A stretch of DNA of 64,000 nt from an uncultured Chloroflexia bacterium (GTDB lineage: Bacteria > Chloroflexota > Anaerolineae > CG2-30-64-16): contig CAWEMM010000008.1 in the NCBI GenBank assembly GCA_963810095.1, forward strand, positions 32,001-96,000, read 5' to 3'. Below, in pieces: positions 1 to 9,775 of the stretch (the first letter of the stretch is position 1; each line of letters begins with the position of its first letter). Made by a program: the position numbers and the translations under genes. The notes below the pieces were generated by a model, which saw nothing but the letters and a program-made list of their open reading frames with translations, did not search any database and was not told the origin of the DNA.

Positions 1-1645
1 ACGCGAAGCTGGTGTACGAAAGGCCGTGGCCGAACGGAAACAGGACGTCTTGCTGCGCCTTGTCGTAATAGCGATACCCGACATAGACCCCCTCGCGGTA
101 CTGCGCCTGCTTCCCGCCGGTCTCGTAGAACCCGGCAGACGGCACGTCGGCGTAACGGCGGGGATAGGTCTCCGCCAGCTTCCCGCTCGGATTCACCTTC
201 CCGGCCAGCAGCTCGGCTGCCGCCAGCCCACCCGCCTGGCCGGCAAGATAGAGATTCAGCACCGCCTTGACCTTGGGCAGCCAGGGCATCTCGACCGGCG
301 CGCCACCAACGAGCACGACGACCGTGTTCGGGTTCAGGCTCGCGACCTGCTCGATCAGCGCGTTGTGGGGGGCGGGCATAGCCAGGGTAGAACGGTCGTA
401 ACCCTCCGACTCGCATTCCTCGGGGAGACCCGCGACGATCACGGCCGTGTCTGCGGCGGCCGCGCCGGCGAGCGCTTCGGCCAGCAGCGCCCCATCATCC
501 GCACCCTTGAGCGCGTAACCTGCGCAATACCGGTAGTCGAGGCCCACTTGGTCGAACCCGTCGACCAGGGTGGAGAGCCGCGTCGGATTGATGTGCGAGC
601 TGCCCGCGCCCTGGTAGCGGGGCGCTTTTGCCAGCGCGCCGATCAAGGCAATTTTCTGGCCGGACCCGAGGGGGAGGACGCCGCCCTCGTTCTTGAGCAG
701 CACGGCGGAGCTAGCGGCGATCTTCTGCGCGAGCGTGTGGTGCCCGTCCACATCGTAACGGCAGTCGGGCCGGCGATGCTTCACCGCGGCGAAGACCAAC
801 TCGAGCACCCGGTCAACGCTCTCATCCACCCGCGCCTCTGGAAGTTGGCCGCTGCGGACCGCTTCGATCACAGCGTCGTCAAAGTAGCCGCGGCTGCCGG
901 GCATTTCCAGGTCGAGCCCGGCCGCGAACCCGGCCACCCGGTCGTTCGTCGCGCCCCAGTCGGTCACCACGACCCCCTGGAAACCCCACTCGCGCCGCAG
1001 GATCTGCGACAGCAGGCGCTCGTTGTCGCTGCAGTGGACGCCGTTGAGCTTGTTGTACGCGCACATGACCGTCGCAGGCGCCCCATTCTTGACTGCAGCC
1101 TCGAACCCGGGCAGGTAAATCTCGCGCAAGGTCCGCTCGTCGACGATACTGTCGGAAGACATGCGCTCGGCTTCCTGGTTGTTCGCGGCGAAGTGCTTGA
1201 GCGATGCACCCACGCCCCGGCTCTGAATCCCGGCAATCCAGGCCGCGGCCATCTCGCCGCTCAGGTAGGGGTCCTCTGAGAAATACTCGAAGTTGCGCCC
1301 GCACAACGGGTTGCGCTTGATGTTCGCGCCGGGGCCGAGCACGATGTCAATCCCTTCCTGCAGCGCCTCTTCCGCGATGGCTGCGCCCATCTCGGAGAGC
1401 AGCTCCGTATCCCATGAACAGGCCGTCAGGCTGGCGGTGGGGAAGCACGTGGCCGGCACGCTGACGCTGAAACCCAGCGGATCGGCGCCGGCCGCCTGCT
1501 TCCGCAGCCCGTGCGGCCCGTCGGCCAGGACGATGCTTGGGACGCCGCGCTTCTCCAGCGCCTTCGTGCGAAACATGTCGGCGCCCGAGCACAGTGCGAC
1601 CTTCTCTTCGAGGGTCAGCGTCTGGATGATGGCTTGATGCTTCAT
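1..1645 (-). CDS. Glycoside hydrolase family 3 beta-glucosidase (3' end outside window)
   Basis: Minus strand from ATG 1645 reads MKHQAIIQTLTLEEKVALCSGADMF...LADGPHGLRKQ...ATCFP...GPGANIKRNPLCGRNFEYFSEDP...KHFAANNQE...SDWGA. These are typical GH3 motifs. Not in the ORF track because there is no stop in the window. Confidence 0.92.
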   Translation of the reverse strand, partial: MKHQAIIQTLTLEEKVALCSGADMFRTKALEKRGVPSIVLADGPHGLRKQAAGADPLGFSVSVPATCFPTASLTACSWDTELLSEMGAAIAEEALQEGIDIVLGPGANIKRNPLCGRNFEYFSEDPYLSGEMAAAWIAGIQSRGVGASLKHFAANNQEAERMSSDSIVDERTLREIYLPGFEAAVKNGAPATVMCAYNKLNGVHCSDNERLLSQILRREWGFQGVVVTDWGATNDRVAGFAAGLDLEMPGSRGYFDDAVIEAVRSGQLPEARVDESVDRVLELVFAAVKHRRPDCRYDVDGHHTLAQKIAASSAVLLKNEGGVLPLGSGQKIALIGALAKAPRYQGAGSSHINPTRLSTLVDGFDQVGLDYRYCAGYALKGADDGALLAEALAGAAAADTAVIVAGLPEECESEGYDRSTLAMPAPHNALIEQVASLNPNTVVVLVGGAPVEMPWLPKVKAVLNLYLAGQAGGLAAAELLAGKVNPSGKLAETYPRRYADVPSAGFYETGGKQAQYREGVYVGYRYYDKAQQDVLFPFGHGLSYTSFA

Positions 1646-1814
1646 ATAATGAGGGCCATTTCGTGCTTCAGGTTGGGGCGGCCGCAGTAGTTGGTTGGAT
1701 GCCAATACCGTGTTGTGATCGGCCGGATTCCACGTCATTTTACGCGATTGGCGCACCGCTGCAATTGGAGCGGGTCCGTGCGATGCCCCGAGCGGATGAG
1801 GGCACGAGTTTAAT

Positions 1815-1858
1815 CGCAGAAGCTCGCTGGGACCTTCGGTTCCCAACGAGCTTCTGCG
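1815..1858 (-). terminator. Hairpin downstream of tRNA-Leu
   Basis: cgcagaagctcg-c-tggga...tccca-a-cgagcttctgcg inverted repeat just 3' of the tRNA. Confidence 0.5.
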
Positions 1859-1877
1859 TCGCTTATCCAGAGACTAA

Positions 1878-1959
1878 TGCCGACGGGGGGATTTGAACCC
1901 CCACGCCTTGTGGGCAGCAGATCCTAAGTCTGCAGCGTCTGCCATTCCGCCACGTCGGC
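1878..1959 (-). tRNA. tRNA-Leu (anticodon TAG)
   Basis: Reverse complement GCCGACGTGGCGGAATGGCAGACGCTGCAGACTTAGGATCTGCTGCCCACAAGGCGTGGGGGTTCAAATCCCCCCGTCGGCA folds as a cloverleaf with a long variable arm. Confidence 0.96.
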
Positions 1960-2096
1960 GTAGGACGGCGCGCGACTGGCGTCGCCTGGCCGTCAACCTG
2001 CGACGGGTGTACCGTCGGCGCGCAGTGGTGGCGACCTCTCGCCACAACTGCCAAGTGAGCGAAGCTGTGCTTCGCAGGGTCACCGAAGGTGACACA

Positions 2097-2605
2097 CTTG
2101 CCGGATCATACCCCCGATTCTGTGGACCCGTAGGTCTGCCGCCATCTATCTCACTCGGATTGCTCCAAGTGGCCGCGCCTGGCCTGGTGGGTGTGACCCA
2201 CCCTCACCGGTGCGGCTGCGATGAGACCGAACGCGCCGCGCAACGCAACGCGCCGAGCGTTAGCTCGGCTAACGCCAACGAAGTTGGCGCGCTCAGCCCA
2301 CTCACCTTGCTCCTGGCTGTACGCTCGCCTGGCCGGCCGCATTGCTGCGGACCGCCGGTGGGCTCTTACCCCACCGTTTCAGCCCTCACGGCTCGCTTGG
2401 AGGCTCGCGCCTCGCCCCGAGCTTTGCGGGTATGCTTTCTGTTGCGGTTGTAGTCGCACGGCTGTCTCCGGCCGCACGCCCCCACTTGCTGTTTCATGGG
2501 GCAGCTTTTCCGCGCCACCTTGCGGCTCGCGGATAGGAGTCGGGAAGTTCCTCCCCCGGCGCGCTTCTCGCGAAGCAAAACCAGAGGCGACGGCTCACCG
2601 GCAAG
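2097..2605 (-). ncRNA. rnpB: RNase P RNA
   Basis: Minus strand has P1 ends CTTGCCGG/CCGGCAAG and conserved blocks in the correct order: GAGGAAC.., GCAACAGAAA, TGAAACGG..GGTAAGAGC, GGAGCAAG, AGATAGATG, ACAGAA..GGTAT. Confidence 0.9.
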
Positions 2606-2660
2606 TAGAGTCATTTTACATGGCGGAAGAGGCGAAGTCAAAAAGGGGTCGAAACGAGGG

Positions 2661-3347
2661 TTAACCCAGCTCTGCGATGTCCTGCAGCGCGTCGACGTCG
2701 ATCAGCACAACCTTGCCGCGGCGAGTCAGGATCAACTCCTCCCGGCGGAACTTGCTCATCACGCGAATTGCAGTCTCCACGGTGGTGCCGGTCATGTCTG
2801 CCACGTCCTGGCGCGTCAAGGGCAGCTCGATAACCCGGCCCTCGCTGGTGTCTGCGCCGGCCGTCTGGCCCAGCTTGAGCAGGGTGCGCGCGATGCGCTG
2901 CTCCACCCGCTCGACCGCAAGGCTGCGGATCTGCTCGGCCGAGCTGCGGAGACGGATGCCCATGTCGTTGATGACGGTCAGCGCAAACACCGGGAAGCGT
3001 GTGACAAGGGTGAGGCAGTCGTTCCGGCTGATGACCAGGACCGTACAATCTTCGATGGCCTGGGCTGTCCCCGGATACCCGCCACCGTCGAAGACGGCGA
3101 CGCTGCCCAGCAGGTGCCCTGGACCGGCCATCCGCAAGACCACATCCTTACCGTCCGGGGAATGGCGGAGGACCTTGACCTTGCCGGCCTTCACCACGTA
3201 CAAGGCTTCGGGCGCCTCGCCCTCCAGGAAGATGTAGTCGTCCCGCTGGTATTGCCGCTCGCTGAAGATGTCAGCGACCTTTTCCCAGTCGCGGTCCGAC
3301 AGCCCGGCGAACACCGGCAGCGCGGCCAGTATCTCGCGCCGATCCAT
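2661..3347 (-). CDS. Crp/Fnr family transcriptional regulator
   Basis: cNMP-binding fold N-terminus, and C-terminal HTH LTRQDVADMTGTTVETAIRVMS. Confidence 0.93.
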   Translation of the reverse strand: MDRREILAALPVFAGLSDRDWEKVADIFSERQYQRDDYIFLEGEAPEALYVVKAGKVKVLRHSPDGKDVVLRMAGPGHLLGSVAVFDGGGYPGTAQAIEDCTVLVISRNDCLTLVTRFPVFALTVINDMGIRLRSSAEQIRSLAVERVEQRIARTLLKLGQTAGADTSEGRVIELPLTRQDVADMTGTTVETAIRVMSKFRREELILTRRGKVVLIDVDALQDIAELG

Positions 3348-3401
3348 CTACATCTCCGAGATAAAGGTAAGCCAGCGGATGTATGGCACTAGTTGGTGCA
3401 A

Positions 3402-3417
3402 TATGATGCAGGTCATA
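3402..3417. promoter_or_regulatory. Crp/Fnr-type palindromic box TATGA-N6-TCATA
   Basis: tatgatgcaggtcata, 55 bp upstream of the Crp/Fnr gene; possible autoregulatory site (inference). Confidence 0.4.
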
Positions 3418-3494
3418 AACAGGGTGATTATAGCATGCGCCGGAAGGGTGCGCAATTATGAGGGGCGCTTATGAATTAAGGTACAGACGCGCAC

Positions 3495-3532
3495 GGGTGG
3501 GGCCACGGTTCCCGGGGACCGTGGCCCCACCC
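3495..3532 (-). terminator. GC-rich hairpin after VIT-vWA gene
   Basis: cgggtggggccacggt...accgtggccccacccg inverted repeat directly after the stop. Confidence 0.55.
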
Positions 3533-3538
3533 GCAGGG

Positions 3539-5695
3539 TCAGGGCTGTATGGAATACGCCTTGCCCTGAAGGACGACCGTCAGCTGGTCACCCAGGGCGA
3601 GGTAGCGTGCAATCTCGGGACGCTCCGTGAGGAGCTTGAAATAGCGCTCGCTGCCGAACTTGATGAGCTCCGGCTTCAGCTTCTTCGCGTCGAAGGCCGT
3701 GTCGACCCATGCGCCGTTTTGCAGGACGAACGTCTTGTCGCCCACCTGGCGCAGGGCCGAGCCGTCCGGCGCTTGCGGCGCACTGTCGGCCTGCTGCATG
3801 GCCGCCTCGCTCTGAGACTTGGCCACCGCCGCCGCACCCGAGCGGGCTCCGCCCGCGTCAGCGGCAGCTCCCATCGTCGGCGCAGCAGACGGCCCGCCGC
3901 CCATGCCAAAGCCGGGCAGCGGACGCAGACCGGGCTGGACCGTCACGCCGGGTTCCTCGACCAGGAACGAGGTGTACGGCGTGGCGATGCCGTACTTCGT
4001 CGCCAGGTCCTTTACTTCCTGCACCAACTCGGGGTTCGAGCCCTTCAGCCGGATCTGCGTCAGCAGGTAGCCGATCTTGCGTTGGGCCCACAGCCGCGGG
4101 ATGAACTCGCTGCCGCCTCGGTCCACAAAGGTCAGCCCGGTGTAGCGGTTGCTGCGCGCTTTCCCGTCGACCGTCCCCGAGAGCCGGAGGTCGGCCGCGC
4201 CGCCCGCCCGGTAGCGTCCGGCCACCACCAGTTGCGAACCGGCGAACAGGTCGGGCAGCGGGTAGGGATACAGGTCTTCGACCTTCACCCCGCTGAAGAC
4301 CGCCTCGACGTCGACCAGCACCGGCGAACTCACCTTCTGGTAGAAGCCGGACACTTCTTCCTGGATGTCCTGCTCGGGGGCCACGTAGGCGCTCGTGCCG
4401 CGCTGCTTGCTGCTCAGTTGGTCGAGCAGGACGGTGTCGACATCGTAGCCGACGCCGAACGCAAACAGGCGGACCGACTTCGGTGCGCTGGCGCCGATGT
4501 TGGCCACGATCTGGTCCGGGTTGGTCTCGCCTGCGGTGGGCAGGCCGTCCGTCAGGAAGATAACGACCGTTGGCCGGGCAGGGTCTGCGCCGGCGATGGC
4601 CTCCAGCAGGGCCCGGTTGATGTCCGTGCTGCCCGCTGCCCGCAGGCTGTCGACGAAGTCACGGCCCGCCGCCCGCTGGCTCGCCGGCACAGGCTTGTCA
4701 GAGAACAAGCGCGTTGCCGTGCTGAAGGACACGATGTTGAACCGGTCGCGCTCGCCCAGGTTGTCCAACACGTACCTCGCCGCGCCCTTCGCCTGGCCGA
4801 TCTTCTCGCCGTCCATGCTGCCCGACGTGTCGAGCACCAGCACGACGTCCTTCGCGACCGCCTCGCCCTCGGCCTCGGCCGGCGGCGTCACCAGCAGCAG
4901 GAAGTAGCCGTCCTCGTCGAAGGGCTTGTAGCTGAGAAGGTTCACCGCGATGGCATCGGTCGAGACGCTGTAGTAAAGGTCGAAATCACGGTCCGGGCGG
5001 ACGTCCCGGGCTTCATACCCCACCGTCGCTGCCTGATCCCCGCCGCGCACCACTTGCACCGGGTGCGTCGGAGAATAGATCGCGCGCAGCGGCGCACGGT
5101 CCTTCACGTCGACGCTGATCGCCACCTCGGAGAGGGGCCGCGCCGAGAATTTCTCCGTGTTGAGCGGGTAGCGATAGTGAACCAGGCCCGACTGCTGGGG
5201 CAGAACCTGCGTATAGGTCAGCTCGATCCGGCGTTCGCCGTGGGGCGGAATGGGGAAGATGCGGGCCTGGAACGCGCCCCGGCCGGCATACTCGAGCAGC
5301 GCCGGGTCCTTCTGGCGCCGCACGATGTCCTCGTAGATGCGCCGGGCCTCGTCGCGGCCCAACAGCTTTCCCTCCAGCTTTTTCCCGTCCACCCACATAT
5401 CGAAGCTGGAAACCGCCGCGTCCTCGGGCAAGGGGAAGATGTAAGTCCCCTCGACGGCAAAATCCGCGTCGTTGACAAACAGCTGATCCACCCTTGTCGT
5501 TGCCACCTGGTTATCGATCGTGACATTGACCCGGTGGTACTTAACGGTGAGGGGGATGTCGCGCCAGGGAATCGGGCGATCAATGGGGGGCTGCGGAATG
5601 ATAAAGCCGTCGGCCGAGACCGGATGGGCGGCGAAGGCGAGCATCAGCAGCAGCAGGAGAAACAGCAGCCCGAGCGCCAGCAGGGGCCGCTCCAC
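3539..5695 (-). CDS. Exported VIT + von Willebrand factor A domain protein (inter-alpha-trypsin-inhibitor-like)
   Basis: Hydrophobic N-terminus, VIT region (EGTYIFPLPEDAAV..DPALLEY), MIDAS motif DTSGSM, FLTDG. The true start may be ATG 5759 (GAGGAG RBS) with a frameshift. Confidence 0.88.
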   Translation of the reverse strand: MERPLLALGLLFLLLLLMLAFAAHPVSADGFIIPQPPIDRPIPWRDIPLTVKYHRVNVTIDNQVATTRVDQLFVNDADFAVEGTYIFPLPEDAAVSSFDMWVDGKKLEGKLLGRDEARRIYEDIVRRQKDPALLEYAGRGAFQARIFPIPPHGERRIELTYTQVLPQQSGLVHYRYPLNTEKFSARPLSEVAISVDVKDRAPLRAIYSPTHPVQVVRGGDQAATVGYEARDVRPDRDFDLYYSVSTDAIAVNLLSYKPFDEDGYFLLLVTPPAEAEGEAVAKDVVLVLDTSGSMDGEKIGQAKGAARYVLDNLGERDRFNIVSFSTATRLFSDKPVPASQRAAGRDFVDSLRAAGSTDINRALLEAIAGADPARPTVVIFLTDGLPTAGETNPDQIVANIGASAPKSVRLFAFGVGYDVDTVLLDQLSSKQRGTSAYVAPEQDIQEEVSGFYQKVSSPVLVDVEAVFSGVKVEDLYPYPLPDLFAGSQLVVAGRYRAGGAADLRLSGTVDGKARSNRYTGLTFVDRGGSEFIPRLWAQRKIGYLLTQIRLKGSNPELVQEVKDLATKYGIATPYTSFLVEEPGVTVQPGLRPLPGFGMGGGPSAAPTMGAAADAGGARSGAAAVAKSQSEAAMQQADSAPQAPDGSALRQVGDKTFVLQNGAWVDTAFDAKKLKPELIKFGSERYFKLLTERPEIARYLALGDQLTVVLQGKAYSIQP

Positions 5696-5838
5696 GAACG
5701 GACTATGTAACGATCACAGTGCGAGCACCGGTCATGCGACCGTCGGGCAGATGTCTCATGGGCTCCTCCTCGGTGCGACGGGCCAGTTCTGCTGGCTCGT
5801 TCTGCCCTCGTGACGCCCGTTATGGCAAGGGGGTTCCT

Positions 5839-6357
5839 TTACGGCTCGAGGTTGTACGTGAGGGAGCCAATCCACCAGCGGCCGTCGCGCTTGACGAAGG
5901 TCCAGCGGTCGCCTGCCTGGCTGACTTCGCTGCCGATTGCGGTGGTGCTGGTGACGGTGGCCTTGTCGCCGGTCACTTGTACCTGTAGGTCCTGACCGCC
6001 GGCAGACTGGGGGTTGCCGGGAAACACAAGCACAACATAGCGGGAACGGATCGCGTCGCGGCCCTGCCAGGTCGCATCGTCGGACGTGTCGTTCGGGGTG
6101 TGCTTCGCGTCGGTCACCACGGCATCGTCAGCCCACAGCTCCATCAGGGCGCCAATGTCCTGGCCCACAACTGCCGCGCCTTCCGCTGCAACCAGTTGGC
6201 GGATCGCATCCTCGTCGTTCGCAGCCTGCGGCGTCAGGGCCCGCGGCGCGTCGGTGGGCTTGTCACCAAGCGTCGATGCCCGGGGTGCCGTGCACGAGGC
6301 CATGCCGAGGAGCACGAGGAGGGCAATGGAAAAGCAGTAGCGCCAAAGGTGATGCAT
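5839..6357 (-). CDS. NTF2/SnoaL-like fold lipoprotein
   Basis: Lipobox-like LGMASC, then NTF2-like pattern (LMELWADDAVV..GRDAIR..WTFVKRDGRWWI). Confidence 0.7.
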   Translation of the reverse strand: MHHLWRYCFSIALLVLLGMASCTAPRASTLGDKPTDAPRALTPQAANDEDAIRQLVAAEGAAVVGQDIGALMELWADDAVVTDAKHTPNDTSDDATWQGRDAIRSRYVVLVFPGNPQSAGGQDLQVQVTGDKATVTSTTAIGSEVSQAGDRWTFVKRDGRWWIGSLTYNLEP

Positions 6358-6825
6358 GCGTCCTCCGGCTGCGGCAGGCCGGGAGAAGTCTATGTGCCGC
6401 GGGCTTGGCCGGCGACGTGGTCGCTGGCGACGGCGATCATAGCACTGCGGCGAACAGCTCACAAATCTGCAGGTCGGCCCTTTGACGTAGAGCCGTTGCC
6501 GGAAGCGCCGGCCCGAAACGGGTCCCTTGTCTGATGCGCTGCGCCAGCGAACATGTTAGTCTATGAGCAAGTCTGGTGGAGTTGTATTGAGTGTGCCGGT
6601 TGTAGTGGATGGACACCAGGCAGGATGCGTACTGTCTGTATTGATCGTTTCCGCGTTACCCCGTATTGACCCGTAGTGACTGTATTGACAATTGTACCGG
6701 CTGGATGGGCTGACTGACGTTCGTATCGACAGAGTGGAACGAGTTTGGGCTGCGCAGAGTCGAGAGTGTGTAATGAGACTGCGAAGTGTGTGATGGGATT
6801 GCAGGCAGAAGGGCCAGGGTGGATC

Positions 6826-7416
6826 ATGCGAGTGCTGATTTCCATCGGCGCTTTCATCCTCGTGTTCCTGGTCGGCGTCAAGACGGAGTGGGTGTCGGTA
6901 TCCAACGCCGCGCTAACCGGGAGCGATGATCGCGCATACCAGGCCCTCGTGCTGGGACAGACGAGGCCCGACGCAACCAGTGGAGAGTTGATCGACGCCG
7001 CAGCAACTCGCGGCGAGATCAGCTCCGAGCAGGCGCTGCTATATGGCGTCTACCTGGCCTGCGACGACCCCCGGTTACCGGCCCGGTTCCGCGGCGCGGA
7101 CCCGACGCCGCCCGAAAAGAATATCCTGTGGGAAGCGGACGTCGATTGGGCGTCGCTCTCGCCGGATATCCAGCGGGCGCTGAGCGAAGTTCTTCGTCGC
7201 TGCCCCGGCTACTGCCCTGGCATGCAGCGACGACCTCGCCCGCCTTGCGTCAGACGCCACGGTATGGTGGGCGCCGGCGCTGGGCAGCGGGTTTGCGACA
7301 GTCGCAACGGCGCGGTGAGGCACGCGAGACAGCCCAGACCTCTCGGACTTACCCAAGCCCGAGAGGTCTGGGCTGCTCATTGCAGCGCAGTACCCTTTGC
7401 GGCTTCCGAACGTTAA
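6826..7416 (+). CDS. Hypothetical membrane-anchored protein (C-terminus uncertain)
   Basis: N-terminal TM helix followed by ELIDAAATRGEISSEQALLY..DPRLP; the distal part looks non-coding or frameshifted. Confidence 0.45.
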   Translation: MRVLISIGAFILVFLVGVKTEWVSVSNAALTGSDDRAYQALVLGQTRPDATSGELIDAAATRGEISSEQALLYGVYLACDDPRLPARFRGADPTPPEKNILWEADVDWASLSPDIQRALSEVLRRCPGYCPGMQRRPRPPCVRRHGMVGAGAGQRVCDSRNGAVRHARQPRPLGLTQAREVWAAHCSAVPFAASER

Positions 7417-7658
7417 TTTGCACAGGAGGGGAGGTTAACGTATAATCGGGCTATCAGAGCCGTCTAGTCATTGACGGCGTTCTTTATTGTTCAGCCCCGC
7501 CCGCATCGAAACGCCACGGCCGTGCGCGACATTGTGTGAGACAAGTCGCTCTGCCGTCGGCGCTTTTTTATGGGCTTACTGCAGCCAGGGCCGTCAGACA
7601 GGCATGGGCAGGGGACTGAACGATCACACCCCAAGGGGATTTCGAGGCACTACCCGCG

Positions 7659-8132
7659 ATGGACGAACCCAACAGCAACTATCTGACCTCAGACGGGATC
7701 CAGAAGCTACGAGAAGAACTGGACTACCTGATCAACGTCCGCCGACCTGAGGTGGCGCGTCAGATTGCCGACGCGAAGGCCGACGGGGACGTGTCAGAGA
7801 ATGCGGGATACGACGAGGCCAAGAACACGCAGGCCTTCGTCGAAGGACGCATCCTGACGGTCCGTAGTATCCTCAGCAACGCCAAGGTCATCAACCAGAA
7901 TGGCCACAAGGACACGGTCGACGTCGGCTGCACGGTTACGATTCGCGATGCCAAGTACGGCGACGAGGAAACCTACATCATCGTCGGCTCGACCGAAGTG
8001 GATCCGGGCAACGGCCGCATTTCGCTCAAGTCGCCCATCGGCCACGCGTTGATGGGGCACCGTAAAGGCGAGATGGTCGAAGTGCAGACTCCGGGCGGCT
8101 CGGCCGAGTTCGAGATCGTCAAGATCGCATAG
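7659..8132 (+). CDS. greA: Transcription elongation factor GreA
   Basis: GDVSENAGYDEAK and ISLKSPIGHALMG motifs. Confidence 0.97.
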   Translation: MDEPNSNYLTSDGIQKLREELDYLINVRRPEVARQIADAKADGDVSENAGYDEAKNTQAFVEGRILTVRSILSNAKVINQNGHKDTVDVGCTVTIRDAKYGDEETYIIVGSTEVDPGNGRISLKSPIGHALMGHRKGEMVEVQTPGGSAEFEIVKIA

Positions 8133-8169
8133 ACTCGATCCCGGCAAGCTCAACCTGAAAGACCCAACC

Positions 8170-9664
8170 ATGCCAGATACCGACCTTGACCTCAACGACC
8201 AGCAGTTGGTGCGCCGTAACAAGCTGACCGAGCTGCGCGACCTGGGCATTGACCCCTACCCGCAGCGCCTGGCCCAGCCGCGCACGCACACCGCTGCCGA
8301 AGCCATCGCCGCGTACCACGCCGGGCAGCTTGCCGAAGGCCAGAACGTCACCCTGGTCGGCCGCATGGTGTCGGTCCGGGTCATGGGCAAGGCCGCGTTC
8401 GCGCACATCGAAGACGGCAGCGGGCGCGTCCAGATCTACCTGAAGCGTGACGTCCTTGGCGGAGCGCACGTACGACGAGTTCTTCAGAAAGCTCGTCGAC
8501 ATCGGCGACTTCATCGAAGTCACCGGGCCGATGTTCGCCACCCGGACGGGCGAAGTATCGTGCGAGGTCCGCGCGATCGCGCTCCTCTCCAAGACGCTCA
8601 ACCCGCTGCCCGACAAGTGGCATGGCCTGAAGGACGTCGAGACCCGCACCCGACAGCGCTATGTCGATTTGCTCGCCAACCCCGAGGTACGCGAGGTCTT
8701 CCGCACGCGTACCCGCCTGGTTGCCGCAGTGCGCCGCTACCTGGATTCGAACGGCTTCCTCGAAGTCGAGACGCCGATCCTCCAGCCGGTGTATGGCGGC
8801 GCAGCGGCCCGGCCGTTCACCACATTTCACAACCAGCTCGAGCAGGAGCTATTCCTGCGCATCAGCTTCGAGCTCTACCTGAAGCGGCTCATCGTGGGCG
8901 GCTTTGAGCGGGTGTACGAAATCGGCCGCGACTTTCGCAATGAGGGCATCAGCTTCAAGCACAACCCCGAGTTCACGCAGCTCGAGTTCTACGAAGCGTA
9001 CACCGATTACAACGGCATGATGCGCCGGACCGAGGAAATGGTGTGTGCGATCGGCGAAGCTCTAAATGGGGGGCTGAAGGTCACGTACGACGGGCAGGAG
9101 ATCGACCTGACCCCGCCTTGGCGGCGGATCACCATGTGCGACGCGATTCGCGACGCCACCGGAATTGACTACACGCAGTATCCCGACGCGCCCTCGCTCG
9201 CCGAAGCGATCAGGGCCCGAGGGCTGCGCTTTGAGCCGAAAGCCAGCCGGGGCAAGCTGATCGACGGCCTGTTTGGCGATTATGTCGAGGCCACCCTGAT
9301 CCAGCCGACCTTCATCACGGACTACCCGGTCGACATCAGCCCCCTGGCGAAGAAGCGGGCGGACGATCCGACGACGGTCGAACGGTTCGAGTATTTCATT
9401 GCCGGCATGGAATTGGGCAATGCGTTTACCGAGCTGAACGACCCGATCGACCAGCGCGCCCGGTTCGTCGAGCTGCACGCCGCGATGGCGGGCGAGGACG
9501 AGAACGTGCATCCGCTGGACGAGGACTTCCTGAACGCGCTGAGCTTCGGCATGCCGCCCACCGGCGGGTTCGGCACGGGCATCGACCGGCTCACCATGCT
9601 CTTCACCGACCGCCAGTCGATCCGAGAGGTCATCCTCTTCCCGCACCTCCGCTCCATCGACTGA
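8170..9664 (+). CDS. lysS: Lysine--tRNA ligase (class II), apparent frameshift near 8460
   Basis: OB-fold N-terminus in ORF 8170; catalytic core in ORF 8447 (YGGAAARPF, LRISFELYLKRL, HNPEFT, GMPPTGGFGTGIDRL). Confidence 0.95.
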
Positions 9665-9676
9665 AGCGAAGACCAG

Positions 9677-9763
9677 AACACAAAGACACAAGGGCACGAA
9701 GAGACCTGGTATCCGACAAGGACCAGGTCTTCGTTTTCTTGGTGCCTTTGTGCCTTTGTGTTT
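9677..9763. repeat. Long imperfect inverted repeat after lysS
   Basis: aacacaaagacacaagggcac-gaagagacctggt...accaggtcttc..gtgcctttgtgcctttgtgtt. Confidence 0.6.
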
Positions 9764-9775
9764 AGAATAGTCGCC

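Noticed and set aside
3458-5710. Long antisense ORFs (e.g. 26-1279 +, 3458-5710 +, 17593-19611 -, 20032-21474 +, 59992-61323 -)
   Set aside because: Shadow ORFs opposite well-supported genes, expected in high-GC DNA; no recognisable motifs.
8440-8470. Frameshift in lysS, and similar ones in treZ, treY, LysR, TauE, Mrp genes, RpiR and acr3, as programmed frameshifting or mass pseudogenisation
   Set aside because: Single-base indels are scattered through many unrelated genes, including a normally essential one, with no shared slippery motif. Long-read consensus error is far more likely.
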